A stretch of 64,000 nt of DNA from positions 43,061-107,060 of IMG/VR virus record IMGVR_UViG_3300025687_000026. One strand, given 5' to 3'. The notes beneath the pieces are model-generated. The model was given only the letters and a program-made list of their open reading frames with translations. It had not been told where the DNA came from and did not search any database. The stretch is from a virus. Every line of letters starts with the position of its first letter. Positions within the stretch are counted from its first letter, which is position 1. The translations under genes were made by a program, and so were the position numbers. Shown one piece after another: positions 38,390 to 48,147 of this stretch.

Positions 38390-41300
38390 TCATTCATTTT
38401 CCGATTCTGCTTCATAAGCGAATGACTGCGCTCCATTTTTCTCTTTCAGTCTCTTGCTACGGGCGCTCGGGTATTCCGGCTCCGGGTCCTCCGTAGGACG
38501 GTCCAACATGTCCCAGTCAGGAATGGATTGTTCAGATGTGAGGCTTGTAGGGCCACGAGGCGATTCGATACCGGACCCAACATCAATCCCCATACCACGG
38601 GCACCGGGACCACCGGTCATCTTTTCCTTCTCAAGACGGTCAACGATGTCAGCGATGCGTAGTAGGGTCTTGGCCATAACTTCAACTTTCTTCGGCTTGA
38701 GCACTGTTTCTGCATCGTCAGCCTCAATAACGCCTGCTGATTCTTCCTCAGCCTGCTCTCGTTCTTTGGGCTCAGCCATGCTTCTGCCCTCTTCCATCTT
38801 CTCGGGTTTAACGCCCTTCATCATCAGTGAAGCAGCGGGCGACCATAGAGGTCGAACGCTTTCAGCCAGCAACAACGGGTATTCACTACCTTGAAGTTCA
38901 CCAATTGTTGACTTTGGTGAGTGTGCCCAAGTCCCATGGGTGCCCGTTTCCATTTTGTAGACAACAGTGTCGACTTCAGGGAAGGTCAGGATGAGACGGT
39001 CTTCTTCAATGTCTACCGAAAAGTGAACGGGGATAACAGGATGGGACTTGGTCAATAGCGAAAGCGTCTCCAATGAAACAGGAGCGTCATCGCTTTCACC
39101 AGTCACCTTGGAAGCCGTAACATCGTAGATGGTCTTATCGCCACGCTTTTTGGACTTAACACCCGACACTGAGACACTGACAACATCACCTTCGTTGAAT
39201 GGCTTTGGACTGGTGACTGTGCCGACATCGAGGTAGGATTCACCTTCGTATTCTACACCACGGTTACCCAATCCTTCGGCATCCAATGGTCCTGCTCCCA
39301 AGCGGTAGGTGTAGGGACCCTTACCTCGAACATCGAGAATTATCAGGCTGACTTTCTTGTCAGGACGGAGCAAGAACCACTTCGGATGACGACGCTCACC
39401 ACGCATGTAAGTTGAAGTAGCGTCACGCAACAGTATGCGCCCGTCTTCTTTGCTAAGGCTCTCGACCACTGAAGGTAGACCTTCGTCATCGGTCAAGCGT
39501 AGATTATGAGGGCCGGGAACGATGATGTGCTCGTGACTGTCAAACTGTCCTCGCAGGACCTTTAGTCGCTCACGGACATTCATGTCAGCGATGTTGGAAT
39601 CATCGTATTCGATAATGTCCACGATGTGGATTTCATCACCATGGCGCACAGCGTCCAACATCCAGTTCTTTTCACTCATGGCCTTGAACTGTGTTTTGTC
39701 TTCCGAAGACAGCGGAACATCACCTTCGGTGTCGTAGGCTGTAATGTGACCACCCTTGCGGCGAACAATGAAACGCTCGCCTTCAGGCAACATTGACACA
39801 GCCCACTCACCACTAAAACCACGGAGGGCCTCGAAGTCTTTGAGAGAGAAGATACGGTGCATCGGGAGAATCGGCATCGGCTTCTTACCATCGTTCTTGA
39901 TGAGAACATCCGGGTCCATCAAAGCCACGAGAGACTTAGCGACATCCACAGGGATGTCAGACTCCGCTCGACCTCCTTGTTCAATGGAAGGGGTGATGGC
40001 GTTGGGCACGCTCATCACTTGACCGGGCCCAGCAAGTGCTTGATTGACTATCTCTTCACCATGAATCTCGTTGAGCAAAGGTCGCTGAACTGAATGAAGG
40101 AACTGCTGGTTCGGCATGTTTGTTCCACCAACGAACTTCTTACCATCCCATTCCACACCCACCGTCGGTTGCTGTCGATAACCGTGTTCCATACCGCCAC
40201 TGACATAGTAGTCCCCGATGTTGGCCCCCTTAAGAGAGGTAGCGGGGTGAATAGGGCGACCATGTTGACGATTCAGCACTGTCTGTCGAGTCGTGTCGGT
40301 GTCAATTTGAGGTTTGATAAGAAGGTCCTTGTCAATGACAGCAGGGTTCACTGTCACTACATCGTGAATCAGTGACTTCACACTCTCTTTAAGCGCACTA
40401 TTCCGTGGGTCTTTGACAGGGCCCATAGGATGGCGAGTCAGACCATACTTGGCTGCTTCTTCCTCATAACCACGACTGAACAAGCGAGGGATGACGCCGA
40501 GTTTTCCACCGTAAGCAGTCTTTACCCAATCGCTCAATCCTTTCGTGCTCTTCCCCTTCGAGTCCTCAGCCATTCGACCCGTGGCTGCTTTTTGACGCTC
40601 AGCCTCACGGTAGCGTTGAACAACAGGCTCATTGTCATAGACTCGGTCAAACTCCTCAATGTGGTTAATGTGCTTGTCATGCGACAGCGAGATGTCCTGA
40701 CCACGAGGGTGAAATTGCATTCCGGTGCTGAGCAAAGTCCCGTGAGTCATCGCCCGAAGTCCACCGTCTTCAGGTGCAGAGTCACGCACCTGTTCAGCGA
40801 GTCTCTTGTGCTGTTCATGTAGTGGGTCTTCCTCATCAAAGTGGAAGCCAAGCGCCTGCATCACATCTTCAGTGCTCATGTCACGGGTAATGTCAACGCC
40901 ATGTTGCATGACACTGGTGAGCATGTTACGATGAGGAACAATGGTTTCACCGGTTACTTTTGAAGCAACAGCGCTGGCAGATTCACGCTCTTCCTCATCC
41001 AAACCCGGTCCATAGGTAGTCAAACCATGTGTATCATGCGGCACTCGCATCAGCATGCGGTTAGCGTCGTAGAACAGACGAGAGGTGTTTGCGAGAAACT
41101 TCAGTTTATTCGTAGGGTCAAAGGCCGTAGGGTCTGCCTTCTCCATGATTGGTTTGAGCCGCTTCGCCATCTCGGTGATGGCTTGTAGGTCAGCACCCAT
41201 CTTCTCATCAAACTGCTGATGCGCATACTTGTAGGCCCTTCCTGTCTTTTCTCGCATCCCCTCAACTTCTTCGAGGTGACGGAGATTGGACTTTGCTTCA

Positions 41301-43807
41301 GCCAGTCGTTCCATCAAGTCTTCAGGCACCTCCTCTTCGGCACCTGCGAACGACTCAACCAAGTCTTCGAGTTGCGAAACTTCCTCCATGGCTATCTCGA
41401 CTTGCTCTTGGTATTCCTGACTGGCCCGCATCGGGGTTTCAATCACGCTCCGTCCAGTCAAACCATGGAAGTTGGAAAAGACCTGCGGGTTGGTGGGGTC
41501 GTGAGAGCGAGCCTGCTCAAACTTTGGTTGCGACAGTTGGTCGTGACGCAACATGATGAAATCAGCAGGGTCGTGAGGCGGGTGCAATCGACCGAGGCGA
41601 GTTGTGATGTTATGTGTGAGACGGGCATTGTGACGATGTCGAGTTTCACTCCCAACTTCACCAGCGGACATGATAGGGTTGTGAGAAGAGGTTGGATGTT
41701 CTTCCAACCTGTGGGTAGGCCTCTCACTTCCAATCAAACTTTTACGCTCATCAGGTGTGAGAGGTCCGAGTATGTTTGCTGTTTCAGGGTCAAGAGTGGA
41801 GTGGCCGACATACGGTGTGTTTTTCGTATTGCGAGAGCGGTAGCGAATCCCCATCCCGAATCCGTATTTTTGGTGAGTGGAAGCATCCCATAGCGATTGA
41901 GCCCCAGCGTGAGTGTCGCCTTTCATCCCATGGCCACGCACAGGTGGGACATATCGAGCAAACATACCGCTGTTTTTGCGACTGGGAGTAATGATACCGT
42001 CTTGACTGATATGACCAATCAGGCTTTCACCGCTTTTGTCTTTCGGCATCCAATCATGGAGCATCTCAAGATGAGCAAGAGGGTCACGACCACCACCGCC
42101 ACGGATGTAAGGCAGGTGAAAAATTGCACCGTTGCCGACCGTCCCATGAGGCGTGCGCACCCACAGGTCAGCCTCATCCTCAGGAATGGCCTCGTCACGA
42201 GGGCCGTTGAAACCCAAGTAAGAGTGGGAATCTACATTCCGCACACCCTTGTGTTTGAATAATTCATTGAACGCTTCTGCTTTACCCTGCTCAAGTTTCT
42301 TTAAGTCTTCAAGGGAAAGCGGGCTCTCGTCTTCGGAAAAGTGACCCTTACCAGTGAACTCAAAGGAGCCATCCTTGTTTTGTTTGTAACCGAGCAAGTG
42401 TTTCAATGCGGCTTCATTGACGCCTTGCTTTTCTGACTGTTCAGCGTTGCGCATCGAATCGAGTGGAGTGCTACTCGCCAAGTGACCCTTTAACTGGCTA
42501 AAACTCTTCAAGGCACTAAGATGTGTGAGCGGTTCACCCCCATCGTCGTGCTTCTCATTGAGTGCACTGAGAATGGCTTGCGCCATTGTCCCGTGTTCAT
42601 CATGGGGTGTTTCGTTGAGAGCCGTATGGAGGATTTCGTAAGCGTGGTCTTTCATGTCACGAATGTCGTCTTCTCCTTCCATGTGTTTGCGTTGATTCTG
42701 TGAAGTGTGGAGTTGACCGCGCATTTTGTGAAAGAACTCAGGTGTAAAGCGATGAGCGATGTTGCGTTTTATGCGCCCTGTCGAAACCTTGCGACCGTCG
42801 CTAAGAGTAATTTTTTGCACATCGTCACTGCTCCTAAGAGAGCCCTTCTCCTGCAAGTGCTTGACGACGGCGTTTCGGTCCGCTGGCTTAAGCCATTCAA
42901 GGCCAAGGTTGTAACCACCCCATCCAAGGGAAGTGCGTAGACCGTTCATGTCAGGCTCTTTGTTCATCCAACCCTGAATGGCGTCGTCCATGTGCGCTTG
43001 AGCGATGGCGAAGTCATGTTCCTCGGGGTCGGGGTATTGCTCAATGAGTGCCTTTACCGTGCCGGGATTCTCCTGCTTCCAGTCTTCAAGATTATGCAAG
43101 TAGAGGTCGTGGAGATGACTGTCATGTAAAGGACCGGCAAAGGGATGTGTCACCTCTCCGCTGTAGGGGTCTTTGTGTCCCACTATGTTCATGTTACCTT
43201 TCTTGCGATGATGTTCTTCTTGCAGCGATTCTTGTTGCTTTAACTGTTGAGCCAAGGATGGGCGGCCGGGAGCGGGAGGGAGGTATAAGTCACGCAGTGT
43301 TTCGATGTAGGCAGGCAAGCCGTTCACGACATTTTTCTGAAGCAAGGGGTGATGTTCCTCTTGGAAAGGATGGTCGTTAGGGTAAAGCGCATGGGACTGA
43401 AAATCAGCCTTAGGCCACAGCGAAACAAAATCGTGAACGCTGGCCTCATTGAAACGCCCAGTCCAATGATGAGCAGGAATGGTATCAGCAAGGCGACCTG
43501 CACTGTAGTAGGAGACGCGTCCTTGGCGCTCACGACCTCGCTCAACCATGCCTTCGCGCTCAGCACGACGCTGTTCCCGACGAGCCTCTCGCCCTCTATT
43601 AACAGACAACCTATCGAGTTCTTCCTTCGCTACGATGTCACAGATGAAATCATCAGCCCCCTTCATCACCTCGTAGCCGTGACGCTCAAGGTTTTCACTG
43701 GCGAAAACGAAGTTGGCGACTGCGTTCTCGTAGTCGAGTTCATCGAGAATGGACTTCAACAGGTCTGAGCGTGCTCGGAGATACCAGTCAGTAGCATCTT
43801 CTCGCAC
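38390..43807 (-). CDS. Large head-module protein (~1805 aa) with C-terminal degenerate ATP-dependent DNA ligase (adenylation + OB) domain
   Basis: EWAVSMLPEGERF, MLDAV, IHIVDII, RERLKVL and ILLRDATSTYMRGERRHPKWFLLR align with ligase motifs I-V. GTG 43807 preferred because the longer ORF overlaps the upstream gene. Confidence 0.7.
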   Translation of the reverse strand: MREDATDWYLRARSDLLKSILDELDYENAVANFVFASENLERHGYEVMKGADDFICDIVAKEELDRLSVNRGREARREQRRAEREGMVERGRERQGRVSYYSAGRLADTIPAHHWTGRFNEASVHDFVSLWPKADFQSHALYPNDHPFQEEHHPLLQKNVVNGLPAYIETLRDLYLPPAPGRPSLAQQLKQQESLQEEHHRKKGNMNIVGHKDPYSGEVTHPFAGPLHDSHLHDLYLHNLEDWKQENPGTVKALIEQYPDPEEHDFAIAQAHMDDAIQGWMNKEPDMNGLRTSLGWGGYNLGLEWLKPADRNAVVKHLQEKGSLRSSDDVQKITLSDGRKVSTGRIKRNIAHRFTPEFFHKMRGQLHTSQNQRKHMEGEDDIRDMKDHAYEILHTALNETPHDEHGTMAQAILSALNEKHDDGGEPLTHLSALKSFSQLKGHLASSTPLDSMRNAEQSEKQGVNEAALKHLLGYKQNKDGSFEFTGKGHFSEDESPLSLEDLKKLEQGKAEAFNELFKHKGVRNVDSHSYLGFNGPRDEAIPEDEADLWVRTPHGTVGNGAIFHLPYIRGGGGRDPLAHLEMLHDWMPKDKSGESLIGHISQDGIITPSRKNSGMFARYVPPVRGHGMKGDTHAGAQSLWDASTHQKYGFGMGIRYRSRNTKNTPYVGHSTLDPETANILGPLTPDERKSLIGSERPTHRLEEHPTSSHNPIMSAGEVGSETRHRHNARLTHNITTRLGRLHPPHDPADFIMLRHDQLSQPKFEQARSHDPTNPQVFSNFHGLTGRSVIETPMRASQEYQEQVEIAMEEVSQLEDLVESFAGAEEEVPEDLMERLAEAKSNLRHLEEVEGMREKTGRAYKYAHQQFDEKMGADLQAITEMAKRLKPIMEKADPTAFDPTNKLKFLANTSRLFYDANRMLMRVPHDTHGLTTYGPGLDEEERESASAVASKVTGETIVPHRNMLTSVMQHGVDITRDMSTEDVMQALGFHFDEEDPLHEQHKRLAEQVRDSAPEDGGLRAMTHGTLLSTGMQFHPRGQDISLSHDKHINHIEEFDRVYDNEPVVQRYREAERQKAATGRMAEDSKGKSTKGLSDWVKTAYGGKLGVIPRLFSRGYEEEAAKYGLTRHPMGPVKDPRNSALKESVKSLIHDVVTVNPAVIDKDLLIKPQIDTDTTRQTVLNRQHGRPIHPATSLKGANIGDYYVSGGMEHGYRQQPTVGVEWDGKKFVGGTNMPNQQFLHSVQRPLLNEIHGEEIVNQALAGPGQVMSVPNAITPSIEQGGRAESDIPVDVAKSLVALMDPDVLIKNDGKKPMPILPMHRIFSLKDFEALRGFSGEWAVSMLPEGERFIVRRKGGHITAYDTEGDVPLSSEDKTQFKAMSEKNWMLDAVRHGDEIHIVDIIEYDDSNIADMNVRERLKVLRGQFDSHEHIIVPGPHNLRLTDDEGLPSVVESLSKEDGRILLRDATSTYMRGERRHPKWFLLRPDKKVSLIILDVRGKGPYTYRLGAGPLDAEGLGNRGVEYEGESYLDVGTVTSPKPFNEGDVVSVSVSGVKSKKRGDKTIYDVTASKVTGESDDAPVSLETLSLLTKSHPVIPVHFSVDIEEDRLILTFPEVDTVVYKMETGTHGTWAHSPKSTIGELQGSEYPLLLAESVRPLWSPAASLMMKGVKPEKMEEGRSMAEPKEREQAEEESAGVIEADDAETVLKPKKVEVMAKTLLRIADIVDRLEKEKMTGGPGARGMGIDVGSGIESPRGPTSLTSEQSIPDWDMLDRPTEDPEPEYPSARSKRLKEKNGAQSFAYEAESENE

Positions 43808-43820
43808 ATTCACACCACCG

Positions 43821-44459
43821 TCAATAGCGGCTACGCATGTATTCTGACGGATGGTAGTCGTCCCTCTCTCCTTCGCCCATTTCAGTCGTGCCTTCAAGAC
43901 CGGGGCAATCATCACCGAAGCCGAAGCGGCAACCAGTGAACTGGTTACCACCGCACTGTTCACACATGGCTTTTACGAGTTCATCTTTGGCTTTGGCCAA
44001 GGCTTCCTCGGCTTTAGAGAGCGTGCCGTTCTCGACTTGGCGAGGAACGCTGTCGTGATGAGGATTCATCTGTTGACCCAGTGACTCGAAGTTCACGGAT
44101 TCAGAAGTTGCACCTTTGTTGGTAACATCCGTGCCGGTGTATTCATGCTGGTTGGTATTGTAGTAGGCGTTGCGAGTTTGACCACCGCTTTCAGCAGCAA
44201 ACATAATGTTCTGAGGTTCAGAGTTGAAGGTGGTGTTGTAACCGGGCTGGGCCTTGCTAACATTAGAGCAACCTGCTTTCATGCAAGAGCCGCCTGCTTT
44301 CATCTTAGAGCCACACTTAGGACAGTCCTTACACTCACAAGGCTCTTTGCCGCAGTCACACTTGGCCTTTTCCAACTCGTCTGCTTTCTCAAGAAGGCGT
44401 TGGGCTTTGTTCAGGAGGTCTTGGGCTTCACGGCTGCTGGGGGAGGGAATAGGCTTCAT
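43821..44459 (-). CDS. Cys-rich hypothetical protein (212 aa)
   Basis: CDCGKEPCECKDCPKCG...; many hydrophobic-x-K-A motifs. Confidence 0.65.
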   Translation of the reverse strand: MKPIPSPSSREAQDLLNKAQRLLEKADELEKAKCDCGKEPCECKDCPKCGSKMKAGGSCMKAGCSNVSKAQPGYNTTFNSEPQNIMFAAESGGQTRNAYYNTNQHEYTGTDVTNKGATSESVNFESLGQQMNPHHDSVPRQVENGTLSKAEEALAKAKDELVKAMCEQCGGNQFTGCRFGFGDDCPGLEGTTEMGEGERDDYHPSEYMRSRY

Positions 44460-44785
44460 GCGGTCACCTCAGTGTTTTTGGCCTGCTCGGCCATCTCATG
44501 GATTTCATCCCATGTCATTTGATGAATCTGAGAGTTAGAGAACTCGTTGTGGCCCTTGATGATAGCGTCATCGTTGGCTCGGAAAGCATCAACTTCGACA
44601 CCTTCAGTCAACGGAGTAGCGGAAGAGACAAAGCCAGCCTTGCGGAGAAGAGCGGATGGGTCACGAATGGCCTTGCGAAGAAGAGCGTTTTCGTGCTTTA
44701 GAGACTGAAGGTCGCTGTCCATGCTCTCCATTTTAGAGATGAGCGTCGTCATAAGTCGCTCAGTAGCCGAAGTTTCTTCGCTCAT
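44456..44785 (-). CDS. Hypothetical coiled-coil protein (109 aa)
   Basis: GAGGTGA RBS; C-terminus MTWDEIHEMA resembles the scaffold C-terminus MSWEEVHQLA. Confidence 0.65.
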   Translation of the reverse strand: MSEETSATERLMTTLISKMESMDSDLQSLKHENALLRKAIRDPSALLRKAGFVSSATPLTEGVEVDAFRANDDAIIKGHNEFSNSQIHQMTWDEIHEMAEQAKNTEVTA

Positions 44786-44794
44786 CTATTCACC

Positions 44795-45148
44795 TCAAGA
44801 ATCGGGGACGAAGCGACCGAAGGTTCCACGGTGAACGCTCATGTTGCGGTGAGTGCGGGCTGCGATGACGGTGCCGGGGAGAACGGCGTCACGCTGGGTG
44901 ACATCGAACTTCTGACCCGTCTCATTCATTTTTTGCAGCATGGGGTTGACCGTGCCGAAGTCAACGGTTTCACGCTCACTCTTCACGATGGCGCTGTGGA
45001 TGTCCTCAGACAAGTAGCCTGCGAACTTGATGACTTCGTTAATGTGACCTTGGGCCTCGTTAGCGTTTCCTTCTTCCAGTGCCTTAGCGAAAGCCTCGCT
45101 GTGCACAGCCATTTTGCGGGCCATTGGGTGCATCTTCAGTAGGTCCAT
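44795..45148 (-). CDS. Hypothetical protein (117 aa)
   Basis: GAGGGG RBS; upstream TATA-like element. Confidence 0.65.
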   Translation of the reverse strand: MDLLKMHPMARKMAVHSEAFAKALEEGNANEAQGHINEVIKFAGYLSEDIHSAIVKSERETVDFGTVNPMLQKMNETGQKFDVTQRDAVLPGTVIAARTHRNMSVHRGTFGRFVPDS

Positions 45149-45179
45149 CTTTTCCCCTCTCGTCCTTCGTAGTGATGCC

Positions 45180-45194
45180 GCATTAAAAGAGGTT
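45180..45194 (-). promoter_or_regulatory. Putative promoter AACCTCTTTTAAT
   Basis: Similar to AACCCTTTTATT upstream of the AbrB-like gene (61202-61213, minus). Confidence 0.4.
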
Positions 45195-46902
45195 ACTGAC
45201 CCCGAGGCATGCGGGAGTTCAACATCGCATCGCTGTTTTGTTGCTGAATGCCGGGAGGCATTCCACGCTGCTGAACGCTTGACAGCGGCGAACCTGAGCC
45301 TGCTGACGAGCGTGCCTGCGGGCTTGCTGGAGAGCGTGGTGTGCGAATACCCATACCCTCACCGCCGGGTTGCGACGGGGGCATTGGAGGCATACCTTGA
45401 GCACCGGCAACTTGAGGAGGTGCACCTTGCATGGGCATTTGACCGGGCATCTGTTGACCCGCCGCAGCCTGTTCCTCACCTCCGGGCTGCTTACGGTAGA
45501 CGAAACGGATGTCTCGGTCACCTTCTTCAAGCAACTCGGGCTTATAGCCCAGCATCGCCATCCGCTGAGCAAGGTTGACTTCCATCTCGTCACGGCGTAG
45601 GCGAGTGATTTCATCCTCTTCCTCGTTGGGGTAGAGCGTCAGTTTCCAATCGGTGACATCCATCTCTTTGAGCATGCGAGGAAACAGGTTTTCGGTGTAG
45701 ACCTTTTGTCCAAACTCAACAGCACGGTTGGTCACAAGAATCTGCAAACCCTCGTTGTTCAACCCACCGGACTTCCCGTTGTCAATCATGAAAATGCTCG
45801 ACACGCCGTAGAAGGCAGCGATACGGTTACGAATCTCGTCACGCACGGCGATGTATTGCATCTCTTCCAGCGTGTCCATGAACTTGACCCAGTTGACTCC
45901 ACCGCGACCGGAGGATGACTCAATACCGACCTTAGGCACATAGTGGGGGTCACGCTCCATTTTCTCGTCAACGGACTTCCAAAACGACTTCATTGACTCA
46001 AGGTTGTCCGTAGTCACGGAGATGATACCCTTAGGTGTGCGCCGCTTTTGGTAAGCCGTGTAGATGTAGTTGTCCATGGCTGTGAGGCTCATGGCTTGAC
46101 GCCACATGGTGTTGACAGGAGCGCGACCGTAGAGTTTGCTTGGGTTGTATTTGCTCAGATGAATGACTTCACCTTTCGTAAAATACTGGTTCTTACCGCT
46201 TCCCGCCATGTTGACATAATGAGCATCAACGAGGCGAGAGCCGCAAGTTTGACACTTGGGTTCTTGACCGGGATAGGCGACTTGGTCGCGGTGAAGGCGG
46301 CAAATCTTGTAACGCCCGCCACGGACACCGCGCTTGTCGGCGATGATACGCATGAAAACAGGGTCACCTCGAACGATTTCCTTGACGCGGTAAAAGGCAA
46401 TTTCACCCGAGTCAGGGTCGACATAGTATTCCTTGATGAGAAGAAGGAAGGCATCGTCGACGATGTTAAGGTCGTTCTCAATCTCACCGAGCACTTGCAT
46501 GAAGGTCTGCTCCATAGCGTTCTCCTGTTCAAGCAGCCACTTCGGGTAGATGACTTGCTCAGGGTCGGGGGAACGAACCTCTCCACCACAGGTTTTGCAC
46601 ATCTCGATGTCGTGGTGAAACTCCTCTTCGCACTCAACGCACTTCTTACGAAACTTCTTCTCCCAGTGATAACCACGACGGAAAATCTCCTGTCGCAATT
46701 TTGACTGCACCGTTCGCAGAATGAGGTTCTCTTGACTCACAGCGTAGAGGGCTGGGAGAGTGATACCTTGCGCCAACACAGGCTCTTGAATGCCCGTTGT
46801 GTAGAGAGGCATCTGCGGTTGAGGCGTCGTTCGACGGCGGAACGGGTTCGCCAACGCTGAAAGGAATCGGCTAACTGGTCCTTGCTCTTCTTCCGCCATC
46901 AC
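45193..46902 (-). CDS. Portal protein (HK97-family) with zinc-finger insertions, 569 aa
   Basis: EVIHL...LYGRAP, PKGII, MQYIAVRDEIRNRIAAFYGV portal motifs; two Cys clusters; Pro/Gln-rich tail. Confidence 0.85.
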   Translation of the reverse strand: MMAEEEQGPVSRFLSALANPFRRRTTPQPQMPLYTTGIQEPVLAQGITLPALYAVSQENLILRTVQSKLRQEIFRRGYHWEKKFRKKCVECEEEFHHDIEMCKTCGGEVRSPDPEQVIYPKWLLEQENAMEQTFMQVLGEIENDLNIVDDAFLLLIKEYYVDPDSGEIAFYRVKEIVRGDPVFMRIIADKRGVRGGRYKICRLHRDQVAYPGQEPKCQTCGSRLVDAHYVNMAGSGKNQYFTKGEVIHLSKYNPSKLYGRAPVNTMWRQAMSLTAMDNYIYTAYQKRRTPKGIISVTTDNLESMKSFWKSVDEKMERDPHYVPKVGIESSSGRGGVNWVKFMDTLEEMQYIAVRDEIRNRIAAFYGVSSIFMIDNGKSGGLNNEGLQILVTNRAVEFGQKVYTENLFPRMLKEMDVTDWKLTLYPNEEEDEITRLRRDEMEVNLAQRMAMLGYKPELLEEGDRDIRFVYRKQPGGEEQAAAGQQMPGQMPMQGAPPQVAGAQGMPPMPPSQPGGEGMGIRTPRSPASPQARSSAGSGSPLSSVQQRGMPPGIQQQNSDAMLNSRMPRGQ

Positions 46903-48125
46903 AGACCCTCCGCATACTTGCCGATGGTATCGGCGTCAACGCCCCACGAATTAAGCAGTTCGGACGACTTCTTGGCGTCATCTTCCCAATTTTTGAAACG
47001 AACCAAGCGTTTCAGTTCTTCCTTTCTCACGGGGTCTGCCTCGTCAATGAAGGCGAGGACGGCCTTTGCCTGCGTGCCCTTCATTTTGAGATGAGGCAAG
47101 ACCCCGTTCAGAAACTTACGGAGGTCTGCCTTGGAATAGAATTGCAGTCGATGTTGACTACGAGTGGAGTTCTTGTGAACCTTGTTGTCCAGTTGCAGGA
47201 CGCCGCAGTCCATCGTTTTGTAGAGGTCTTCACAGTGAACACGACCCCTCTCCCCTGTCGCAATCATTCCAGCACGAGGCTCCCCACGCTCGGTAATGGT
47301 GATGTAACCGTCTGCGTCAAGGAACCCAGCACCGTAAGCCCACACATCCTTCAAGACAAGACCTTCGTTGGTGACACGGACATACGAGCCACGCTCCGCT
47401 CCTTTGATGATGTCGAACTCTTCACCATACATGTTGAGAAGCGTGGTGAACTTGCGGGTTGTGAATGACTTGCGGATTAGCCCCGCTTCATTCATGTCTT
47501 CTTGCAGGTCGCTGACTTGCATTGGCCCTTTCTTCAGTTGTTCGGCTACGAACTCAAGGTAGGACACTTCGGCCTTGGTGAGTTTGTCAGACTGGAACAA
47601 AGCCGTGCGCCACATTTTTCGTGCGTCGCTGCGGTCACGCATAGCCGACGCCCACGCTTGTTGCTCTTCCTCACCCCACACATCCTCATGCTCATCGAGC
47701 ATCTTCATCGTAGCCTCAGCCTTCTCCCAAAGGCTACAGGCTTTTTGAAGCGACACTGCTCGGGATTCGCCAAATTGACGCAGGTGCTTAAGGGACCTGT
47801 CAGACAGTCCGAGTCCTTTGATGCAGTGCTCCATGCCGTCAGCCCACGAGAGGTTGCGAATGGTAAGTTCGGTTTCCAACGCCTTGATGGTTCGGATGTC
47901 ATCAATAAAAGCGTCAATATCACCACTCGTGTCTTTGTTGTGACGACGAGCCTTGCGTAGTCGCTTTACCAACTGGTCCGCAGTGCAATTCATCTTCGCC
48001 TCAAACCACCCGTCGCCGTTAGGAGCGAAACGGTAGGTCTTACGAATAGCCTCGACAACTTCCTCTTGATAGGGGACTTCAGCCTTGATGACAAAATCAT
48101 CCTCGATAAGTGCCGACCCCCACAT
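46899..48125 (-). CDS. LAGLIDADG-domain protein with long helical N-terminus (408 aa)
   Basis: YGAGFLDADGYITI motif and downstream LPHLKMKGTQA. Confidence 0.8.
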   Translation of the reverse strand: MWGSALIEDDFVIKAEVPYQEEVVEAIRKTYRFAPNGDGWFEAKMNCTADQLVKRLRKARRHNKDTSGDIDAFIDDIRTIKALETELTIRNLSWADGMEHCIKGLGLSDRSLKHLRQFGESRAVSLQKACSLWEKAEATMKMLDEHEDVWGEEEQQAWASAMRDRSDARKMWRTALFQSDKLTKAEVSYLEFVAEQLKKGPMQVSDLQEDMNEAGLIRKSFTTRKFTTLLNMYGEEFDIIKGAERGSYVRVTNEGLVLKDVWAYGAGFLDADGYITITERGEPRAGMIATGERGRVHCEDLYKTMDCGVLQLDNKVHKNSTRSQHRLQFYSKADLRKFLNGVLPHLKMKGTQAKAVLAFIDEADPVRKEELKRLVRFKNWEDDAKKSSELLNSWGVDADTIGKYAEGL

Positions 48126-48147
48126 AATTCTACCTCACGAGATACCT

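Noticed and set aside
43808-43963. N-terminal extension of the 1857-aa ORF in the track
   Set aside because: Overlaps the 3' end of gene 43821-44459; a GTG with RBS at 43807 is more plausible.
46899-48125. Intein or intron-encoded endonuclease interrupting portal or terminase
   Set aside because: Portal and TerL ORFs are intact; no intein N-terminal C/S or C-terminal HN motifs.
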